NCBI GenBank assembly: GCA_951406725.2
Contig: OX597821.1
Span: 105,834,001 to 105,898,000 of the forward strand
Length of the DNA: 64,000 bases
Source of the DNA: Octopus vulgaris
Taxonomy: Eukaryota
Direction of reading: 5' to 3'
This document shows positions 1 to 11,800 of this stretch, piece by piece (the stretch's first letter is position 1; every line of letters begins with the position of its first letter). Position numbers and translations under genes: made by a program. The notes under the pieces were generated by a model. It saw only the letters and a list, made by a program, of their open reading frames with translations. It did not search any database and had not been told where the DNA came from.

Positions 1-35
<35 letters not shown>

Positions 36-311
36 GCATGTATATGTATATACTTCTGTGTGTGCGTATGCATGCGCGCACGAATTGCATTAGGTGGTGC
101 AACTTGTGTACCTCTTCCTCACGTATTAATATAACAATTTCAAATTGAAATTCATTTTCGAACTCATGAACACTCCTTTCCGGAACAGACAGGGAATTCA
201 CACACCCAAAAAAACCATTCAAGTATCCAATTTGTGTTACTTTCCTCGTGTAAAATATTGATGCTCGGCATTATTTGCTTCTTGTTTTATGCTCAATTAA
301 AACTTCTTTGT

Positions 312-905
312 TCACGCTATTCTCGTCTCCATATATAGAAACCTATACATATCTGGAGCCCATGCTTTTTCCTGTGTTATTTTTAAGGAATTGATTCCCT
401 GTTATGTCTTTCACGCTTATTCTCGTCTCCATATATAGAAACCTATACATATCTGGAGCCTATGCTTTTTCCTGTGTTATTTTTAAGGAATTGATTCCCT
501 GTTATGTCTTTCACGCTATTCTCGTCTCCATATATAGAAACCTATACATATCTGGAGCCCATGCTTTTTCCTGTGTTATTTTTAAGGAATTGATTCCCTG
601 TTATGTCTTTCACGCTATTCTCGTCTCCATATATAGAAACCTATACATATCTGGAGCCCATGCTTTTTCCTGTGTTATTTTTAAGGAATTGATTCCCTGT
701 TATGTCTTTCACGCTATTCTCGTCTCCATATATAGAAACCTATACATATCTGGAGCCCATGCTTTTTCCTGTGTTATTTTTAAGGAATTGATTCCCTGTT
801 ATGTCTTTCACGCTATTCTCGTCTCCATATATAGAAACCTATACATATCTGGAGCCCATGCTTTTCCTGTGTTATTTTTAAGGAATTGATTCCCTGTTAT
901 GTCTT
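312..905. repeat. 99-bp minisatellite, array 1 (6 copies)
   Basis: Unit TCACGCTATTCTCGTCTCCATATATAGAAACCTATACATATCTGGAGCCCATGCTTTTTCCTGTGTTATTTTTAAGGAATTGATTCCCTGTTATGTCTT starts at 312, 411, 511, 610, 709, 808. Confidence 0.97.
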
Positions 906-1125
906 CCCTGTTATGTTCGATGTAATATTTATAGTATTTCATATCGTCTGATTATATTGTGAATGCGTGATGTTTCTTTTTATTATGTCTTGTTTTCTCT
1001 GTAATCTTTTACGTTTTTGCACTTCTATACGTGAATTATTTTTACTTGTTCTATCGAAAATCTGTTGAAAACTAAAGATACTTTTGCATTCTAAGGAATT
1101 TTGTTACGTTATTCATTTATTCACT

Positions 1126-1163
1126 GTTATTATTGTTGTTGTTGTTAATTGTTGTTATTCTTG

Positions 1164-1245
<82 letters not shown>

Positions 1246-1416
1246 TAATAATAATAATAATTATTATTATTATTATTAATAATAATTATTATCATCATTA
1301 TTATTATTATCATCATCATTATTATTACTATTATTATTATTATTATTATTATTATCATTATTATATTTATTATCATTATTATCATTATTATTATAATTGT
1401 TATTATTATTATTATT
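1126..1416. repeat. (ATT/TAA)n compound microsatellite
   Basis: Direct trinucleotide run with GTT/ATC interruptions. Confidence 0.97.
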
Positions 1417-3157
<1,741 letters not shown>

Positions 3158-3836
3158 CAGTAGTTTTATAGCGTGCTTTCACTTCACTACCGAGCGCAGC
3201 TCTGTGTGCCTTGGGTATGTGCTGTAATTTGTTGTGATGCTCTGATGGTTATTGTATGGAAAGTGTTCTGCGTAGGATGTGTGCAGTGCCTAGTAGTGCA
3301 ATTTTCTGTATGTTATATGTGTTTGTAAGTCCTGGTGTTCTTGTTATGTATTTGTCTGAATATTTTTTTATCATGCCTAATGCACCTACTATGATAGGAA
3401 TTGTTTCTGTTTTTAGATTCCACATTCCGGTTACCTCCATTTCCAGGTCTTTGTATTTTGAGAGTTTCTCCATTTCTTTTAGAGAAACGTTGTCATCTGC
3501 CGGTATTGATACATCAAATAGAAAGCATTTTTTTCTTCATGATCTTTGACAACTATATCTGGTCTGTTGTCCTTAATTTCTCTATCTGTGTGTATCGGCA
3601 TATCCCAAAGTATGGTTGCTTTTTCGTTTTATGTGACCTTTTCTGGTGTGTGCCTATACCATCTTTTTTCTGTTGTTATTTAATAATGTTGGCATAGCTT
3701 CCAGTGTATGTAGGTTCCAACTCTGTCATGTCTGTGAATATATTCCTTCTTAGCCAGGACTGGGCAGCCAGAGATAATATGATTTATTGTTTCTTGTCCA
3801 TCTCCACATATTCTGCAGTTACTTGTTATATTTCTA
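3158..3836 (-). mobile_element. 5'-truncated R4/Dong-like RLE retrotransposon, family B, copy 1
   Basis: Minus-strand translation gives CRICGDGQETINHIISGC (CCHC knuckle), RHDRVG, WDMPIHTD..NRPDIVV..FDVSIP (PD..D nuclease), KLSKYKDL, PIIVGALG, GTAHILRRTLSIQ*. In-frame stops present. Short 3' UTR runs into (TAA)n. Confidence 0.9.
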
Positions 3837-3854
3837 AAAAAGAAATTATTATCA

Positions 3855-3934
<80 letters not shown>

Positions 3935-3967
3935 GTCATTGACTTTTAATCTGCATGTTTGATGCAA

Positions 3968-4006
3968 TCACTTGCCGGGGCACACCCAGCTCCCTAGGGC
4001 AAGTGA
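3968..4006 (-). other. 3' UTR stem-loop of family A
   Basis: TCACTTGCC (3968-3976) / GGCAAGTGA (3998-4006) perfect 9-bp inverted repeat. Kept in all four copies. Confidence 0.7.
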
Positions 4007-4088
4007 AGGTTAAGAGTTGTTGAAATATAGCTGAAAGCTTGGGGAGGGGAAGTAGAGAAATATCTCCATGTAATACAAACACAAACAT

Positions 4089-7000
4089 TTACATTGATAG
4101 GGTTTTTCTAAGGATGTGGGCAGTACTTGTTAGCACAATCTTTTGGATTTCCTTGAGACATGGTTCTCCAGGGATATTGTCTAGGTGTTTCTGACATCCC
4201 TTTTTTATCATACCTAGGGCACCTACAATAACAGGAACAGTTTTTGTTTTAAGATTCCACATCTTTTCTATTTCGATTTCCAGGTCCTTATATTTACTAA
4301 GTTTGTCAAATTCCTTTACAGATACATTTTTATCAGTGGGGACGCTTATCTCTATTAGTCTGCAGGTATTTTCTTCCCTGTCTTTAACAATTATGTCTGG
4401 TCGATTAGCCTTGATCGTTCTGTCAGTGTTGGCTGGAAAATCCCAGAGGATGGTGACATCCTTACCTTCAACAACTGGCTGAGGATGGTGTTCATACTAG
4501 TTAGCGGGAGTGTCGAATTTGTAGTGTTTCCATATCTTCCAATGTATATACTGTCCTACCCTATCGTGGCGATTTTTGTATTCGTTTGGTGTCAGCACAG
4601 GACATCCCGAAACGAGATGGTCTATCGTTTCGTCAAATGTGTCGCAGAATCTGCATTTAGGGTCAGTACCGCTTCGGAGAACGTTAGCCTGGTAATTTCT
4701 GGTAAACAAGCTTTGATCTTGTGCTGCCATTATGAAGCCTTCAGTCTCTGCTTTCAATCCAGAACTTTTCAGCCACTGATGGGTTGTTGCTTGGTCTACA
4801 TCAGCATTTTGGCTTCGGAGAATATATTGTCCATGCAGGGGCTTCTGGCTCCACCGCCTCTCAATTTCATTCTGCCCGTTGTTTTTTGCAGTCTGCTTGA
4901 TTCGCTTTGCTTGCTTAGTAGCAGTGGTTTCCGGCTTTTCATCTGATTCAAGGTTAATGTCTAGTTCCCTTTCGAAATTATAGGCTTCCTTGACAATAGA
5001 ATGCAGCTTTTTGCTGCTTTCGTGTTCGCACACAAGTCGCAGCATCCAGTCCTTTGTACTAGATAGGTACCTGTTCATTCCTACAGTAGAGGTCTTATAT
5101 CACAGCTCTAATTGCATCATTCCTCTCCCCCCCGCTGCTTCTAGGTAGGTACAGGCGGTCTACATCTGCCTTAGGGTGGTGCATGCTCTTCGATGTCAGT
5201 AACTTTCTTGTCTTCCTGTCCAAGCGTTGGAGTTCCGTAAGGTTCCAGTTAATGATGTTAAAACTGTACTGGACTACTGAAAGCGCCAGGGTGTTAATGG
5301 CATCAATGCAATTTTTGGAGTTGAGTTCAGTCTTCAGTACAAGCCTTATTCTCCTATAGTATTCCTTTCTTATTTTGTCCTTCATAGTAGCATGATGTAT
5401 ACCATCTCCTTCGTTGATTCCTAGGTATTTGTAACTTTCTTGTGGGTCAAGTTCCTTGATGGTAGTGTCAATATCTAATTTAACAGTAGCTGTTTGCCTG
5501 AGCTTGCCTCTTACAAAAGTTGCTTTAGCACACTTATCAAGGCCAAAATCCATTCCGATATCATTGCTAAATTCTTTAACAGTTGTTAGCAGCCCTTCTA
5601 GCTCTTGGTCATTCCTGGCAAACAGCTTTAGGTCGTCCATATATAAAAGGTGGTTTATTAACTTACTACAAACTTTGTACCCATATCTGGTACTATCCAA
5701 TTCGTTTGAGAGTGGGATCAGTGCCATGCAAAAAAGTAATGGAGAGAGGGGGTCACCTTGAAAGATGCCTCGTTTGATGTTGATGCTGTTGGACTGGCTC
5801 ATCCCATTACTATGGCATAGAAAGAGATGTGTGTTCCACATGGTCATGCTATTCTCTAAGAATTTTGAGACGACAGGAGAGATCTTGTATATCTCAAGGG
5901 CCTTGAGTATCCATTTATGTGGGACACTGTCATACGCTTTCCTGTAGTTTATCCATGCCATACTCAGGTTTTTGTTTTTGCTCCGGCAATTCTCTACTAT
6001 CATTCTGTTTATGAGCAATTGGTTTTTGCACCCATAAGATTTTCTTTTACAACCTTTTTGAGCTTGTGGAAGGATAGAGTTTTGTTCAAGGAAAGCGTAC
6101 ATTCTCTCCGTTATTATGGATGTGAGGATTTTGTAGTTGGTGTTGAGACATGTTATTGGCCGGTAATTCTTTGGGTTTTTTGTGTCTTCGGTTTTAGGTA
6201 ATAGGTAGGTGGTTCCTTCAGTCAGCCAAGCAGGTATTTGCTCTGGGTTCTGAATGAAACCAGACAGAGATGCAGCGAGATCTTCGTGTACCTCTGTCAA
6301 ACAATTCAGCCAGAAGTTAGGGATCCGATCCAGTCCTGGGGTTTTCCATTTATGAGCCTTCCTAAGGACACACCTTAGCTCCTCTATTCCTATTGCTTCC
6401 CATTTCTGTTCTTCAAGTTCATCCAGTCTCTCTTTCTCACGTTCTATCCAGTCAGCCTCAGCATTAAACTGTTTTTCGTTGCTCCATACCTTCTTCCAGA
6501 ACTCATCCACTTCCTCAATCTTAGGTGGATCTTCTATGTGTATTTTATTTTTGCCAATTTCCCTATAAAATTTCTTTGCATCTATCTTAAAAAATTTATT
6601 TTGTCGATAAAATTTGTTTCTTTTGTCATACCTTCTAAGCCGTTGGGCTTTAAACTGTATCCGTTGTTTCAACAGTTCCTTAGTTGCAGGGAGGTTTATG
6701 AGATCTTTAATTTTATGTTTTTACTTGATTTTTCTTGCTTTTCTCGACTTAATATTCACTCCTCTAGCAAGCTCATCGAGAACTGAAACATCCGCGCGCA
6801 GAGATTCAATCTCGTTTTGTATCGCTACTTTCCACTTAGGAGGTTCATTGACATGCCTGGCCTTTTTCTTTGTCATCTTAATACCTAGTTGGGTAGTTAC
6901 TACTTTAGCAGTGGAATAAATGAGATTATTTAAGGTTGCCAAATCATTCCCCTTATTTCTTAAGATCTGTCCTAGGGCAACGTTATATGTCATGATTGTG

Positions 7001-7980
7001 TTGTTATTTCTTGTGCCATTTGAAAACTTTGGTAGTGGTTCTCTATTAACCATGTCAGTGAGCTCAATCTTGCCGAGTTCTCTCATAATGTCCACTTTTG
7101 CTTCCATAATCTTTTCTCTATTATTCACCTCAAATTCTATGTCATATCTATTTTGGTTTTCTTGAGGAAGGTCTACGTTCTCCTCTTTTTTCAAATCTCT
7201 CGTCTTCGATATCCTTTGTTTAACTTCCCCATTGGGAAGTTGATTTGCCGCTTGTACACTGGCTTCTATGCTACTGTTACCTATTTCGGCTACATCGTTG
7301 CTGTGTTCTTTTAGTCTACCATGAGCTATTAGTGTCCTAATTTTGTCAATTTCAGCGTCAGTTAGTCTTTTGTTTTTAATTATATCTCTGCGTACATTAC
7401 TTAATTTATTTGCGTCTATATATCTACGTACGTCATTGCCTACTGAATGTCTCCATGAGATGTATGTTTGTACGCTGAGGTTATTGTTTGGGTTTAGTTG
7501 GGCTGTATAAAAAGCTTTCAACACATCTCTATAGTCCTCTCTGGTCAATTTTATACGTTTTGCTTTAGGTGGTGTCACTACAAGTCCAGAGTTAGAAGTA
7601 TTCTGGTTCTGATCACCTGGTAGATCGTCTTTTTGAGAGTTTGTTCCAGCAGCAAACTTTTCGACCCCAGTCTGGTTCCCTACTGGGTAACGCGGTCCTT
7701 GGTGTCCCGGGCGATGACCGATCCGGCATGATTTTTGGCTTCTTTTCATTAAATGATTGACGGCGACATCAGAGGGGTCCATTTTTACAGAGTCAACTTT
7801 TTGAGAAGACGCCGCTTCTGTGACGGTGACGTTAGAAGGGACTGTTTGTACAGGGTTAATTTTTTGACAAGACACCGCTTCTGAATTCTCCGAATTAATA
7901 TATTGTTCATATCGAACTCGCATAAGACTTACAGATCGAAATTCGCCTCTATTTCGTTTGGTAGACATGTTTCCGGGCAT
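4089..7980 (-). pseudogene. RT-RLE polyprotein pseudogene (family A copy 1)
   Basis: Myb-like KRIKLTREDY..LTDAEIDKIR; RT motifs KTPGLDRI, NYRPITCLN, GIFQGDPLSPLLF, HLLYMDDLKLF, YKYLG; CRFC..H..C; NRPDIIV..IEISVP. Disrupted by TAA at 6721, a C7-run frameshift near 5130, TGA at 5100 and TAG at 4497. Confidence 0.93.
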
Positions 7981-8359
7981 AACTGTTCAGTGGTTTTTCT
8001 TTCTGTGTGTATGTGTGAGCGCGTGTAAGCATTATTTATGTTTTATAATTAAAATGTGTACGTGTATGCATAAACAGTTGCATGTATACTTATTTAATTA
8101 ATTAATTAATCAATTTATGTACTTACTGTCTTTCAAGAGCTCTGATGTTCGCTTCTATTTCTTATGCATGTCACATGGAAATTTTATGCATAAAAGAAAG
8201 AAAACCATACTATATATGGCAATAATAGTTCGGACTTTTTAGTTACTTTGCCTTAAAAGAACATTTGGAAAAGATATTTTGTGGAACCTTTCTTCCATTA
8301 CAACGATGTTGTTGGATTAAATTCGTTTTTTGGAGAGAGGCTCCCAGGGAACATCCATG

Positions 8360-8532
<173 letters not shown>

Positions 8533-8802
8533 GACGTTCCATATTATACAATATCGTGAATTTATACCGGGGGATTTTTACTGTTTGAAAATTCACAAAA
8601 AGAACCTCAGACAGATAGTTCTTTACGCAGTATGCATGCATTTAGCCGACTTTTGCAATTCATCTAGACTGAATGGTTTCTCTAAGATTTTCAGACGTGT
8701 TTTTTTTTTTTCAGATTGGGTGCTATTGAACCTAGTGTTCCGGTGACAATAGGGATAACCTTAATGTTCGCCTCCTGTACCTGGCACATCTTAGCGATCT
8801 TT
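8533..8802 (-). mobile_element. Degenerate 3' end of an RLE retrotransposon, family C, copy 1
   Basis: Minus strand reads IAKMCQVQEANIKVIPIVTGTLGSIAPNL.. and, with frameshifts, ..ELQKSA..HILRKELSV*. Matches the C-terminal motif of A and B; 3' UTR runs into (TAA)n. Confidence 0.75.
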
Positions 8803-11800
8803 GGTGAAAATTTTGGAAAAATTGTTGGTGGAAATTTTTGGGTAAAATTTTCCAAAAATTTTCGGGTAAAATCTTCGGGGAAAATTTTCGAAAAATTATT
8901 GCTGAAAATTTTTGGGTAAAATTTTCTGTGAAAATTTTGGAAAAATTTTTGGGTAAAATCTTCGGTGAAAATTTTCGAAAAATTATTGGTGAAAATTTTT
9001 GGGTAAAATTTTCTGTGAAAACTTTTGAAAAATTTTTGGGTAAAATTTTCTGTGAAAATTTTGGAAAAATTTTTGTGTAAAATCTTCGGTCAAAATTTTC
9101 GAAAAATTATTCATGAAAATTTTTGGGTAAAATTTTCTGTGAAAATTTTCGAAAAATTTTTGGGTAAAATCTTCGGTGAAAATTTTCGAAAAATTATTGG
9201 GGAAAATTTTTGGGTAAAATTTTCTGTGAAAAGTTTTGAAAAATGTTTGGGTAAAATTTTCTGTGAAAATTTTCGAAAAATTTTTGGGTGAAATCTTCGG
9301 TGAAAATTTTCGAAAAATTATTGGGAAAATTTTTGGTAAAATTTTCTGTGAAACCTTTCGAAAAATTTTTGGGTAAAAGTTTTGGGTAAAATTTTCGGTG
9401 AAAATTTTGGAAATATTTTCGGGTAAAATTTTCGGTGAAAATTTTGGAAATGTTTTTGGTTAAAATTTTCGGTGAAAACGTTTGAAAAATTTTTGTGTAA
9501 AATTTTCTAAAAATTTTTGGGTAAAATCTTTGGTGAAAATTTTCGAAAAATTGTTGGTGAAAATTTTGGAAAAATTTCTGGGTAAAATCTTGGTGAAAAT
9601 TTTTGGGTAAAATTTTCGAAAAATCTTTGGGTAAATTCTTCGGTGAAAATTGTTCGAAAAATTATTGGTGAAAATTTTTGGGTAAAATTTTTGAAATAAT
9701 TTTGGGGAAATTTTGGAAAAATTTTTGGGTAAAATCTTCGGTCAAAATTTTGGAAAAATTGTTGGTGAAAATTTTTGGGTAAAATTTTCGAAAAATTTTT
9801 GTGTAAAATCTTCGGTGAAAATTTTCGAAAAATTATTGGTGAAAATTTTTGGTTAAAATTTTCATTGAAATATTTTTGGGGAAAATTTTCCGGGAAAAAT
9901 TTTCGAAAAATTTTTGGGTAAAATTTTCGGTGAAAACTTTTGAAAAATTTTTGGGTAAAATTTTCGAAAAATTTTTGGGTAAGATCTTCGGTGAAAATTT
10001 TGTAAAAATTATTGGTGAAAATTTTTGGTTAAAATTTTCCTTCAAAAATTTTTGGGAGAAATTTTCGGGAAAAATTTTCAAAAAATTTTTGGGTAAAATT
10101 TTCGATGAAAATTTTCAAAAAATTATTGCTGAAAATTTTTGGGTAAAATTTTCGAAATAATTTTGGGGAAATTTTGGAAAAATTTTTGGGTAAAATCTTC
10201 GGTCTAAATTTTGGAAAAATTGTTGGTGAAAATTTTTGGGTAAAATTTTCGAAAAAGTTTTGGGTAAAATCTTCGGTGAAAATTTTCGAAAAATTATTGG
10301 TGAAAATTTTTGGTTAAAATTTTCCTTGAAAAATTTTTGGGGAAAATTTTCCGTGAAAAATATTGAAAAATTTTTGTGTAAAATCTTCAGTGAAAACTTT
10401 CGAAAAATTGTTGGTCAAAATTTATGGGTAAAATTTTCGGTGAAAATTTTGGAAAATTTTGGGTAAATTTTTGGTGAAAATTTTGGAAAATTGTTGCTGA
10501 AAATTTTTGGGTAAAATTTTCGGAGAAAACTTTTCAAAAATTTTTGGGTAAAATTTTCTGCTAAAATTTCGGAAAAATTTTTGGGTAAAATCTTTGGTGA
10601 AAATTTTCCGTGAAAATTTTTGAAAAATTTTTGGTTAAAATCTTCGGTGAAAATTTTCGAAAGTTTTCACCGAAAATTTTACCCAAATATTTTCACCAAA
10701 AAATTTTCGAAAATTTTCACCGTAGATTTTACCCAAAAATTTTTCGGAAATTTTCACCGTAGATTTTACCCAAAAATTTTTCGAAAATTTCACCCAAAAA
10801 TTTTTCAAAAGTTTTCACCGAAAATTTTACAAAAAATTTTCACCAATAATTTTTCGAAAATTTTCCGAAGATTTTACCCAAAATTTTTCCAAAATTTTCA
10901 CGGAAAATTTTACCCAAAAAGTTTTCAAAAGTTTTCACAGAAAATTTTACCCAAAAATTTTCACCAATAATTTTTCGAAAATTTTCTGTGAAAATTTTTG
11001 AAATGTTTTTGGGTAAAATTTTCGGTGAAAATATTGGAAAAATTTTTGTGTAAAATTTTGGAAAAATTTTTGGGTAAATTCTTCAGTGAAAATTTTCGAA
11101 AAATTGTTGGTGAAAATTTTGGAAAAATTTTGGGTAAAATCTTTGGTGAAAATTTTCCGTGAAAACTTTGGGTAAAATTTTCGGTGAAAACTTTTGAAAA
11201 ATTTTTGGGTAAAATTTTCGAAAAATTTTTGGGTAAAATCTTCAGTGAAAATTTTCGAAAAATTTTGGTTAAAATTTTTGGCTAAAATTTTTGGTGATAA
11301 CTTTGGAAAAATATTTGGGTAAAATCTTTGGTGAAAATTTTGGAAAAATTGTTGATGAGAATTTTGGAAAATTTTTGGGTAAAATCTTCGGTGAAAATTT
11401 TCGAAAAATTATTGGTGAAAATTTTTGGGTAAAATTTTCTGTGAAAACTTTTGAAAAATTTTTGGGTAAAAGTTTCTGTGAAAATTTTGGAAAGATTTTT
11501 GATTAATATGAATTGAAAATTTTTCAAATTTTTCAGAAGTTTTCACCGAAAATTTTTGGGTAAAATTTTGGGTAAAATTTTCACCAACAATTTGGGTAAA
11601 ATTTTGGGTAAAATTTTCACCAATAATTTTTCGAAAATTTTCACCGTAGATTTTACCCAAAAATTTTTCTAAAATTTTCACCGTAGATTTTACCCAAAAA
11701 TTTTTCGAAAATTTTACCCAAAAATATTTCAAAATCTTCACCGAAGATTTTACCCAAAAATCTTCGGTGAAAATTTTAAAAAAATTGTTGCTGAAAATTT

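Noticed and set aside
88-112. Mariner-like TIR (TTAGGTGGTGCAAC)
   Set aside because: Short resemblance only; no partner inverted end or transposase found.
4485-7165. Plus-strand ORFs overlapping family A
   Set aside because: Antisense shadows of the RT-RLE frame.
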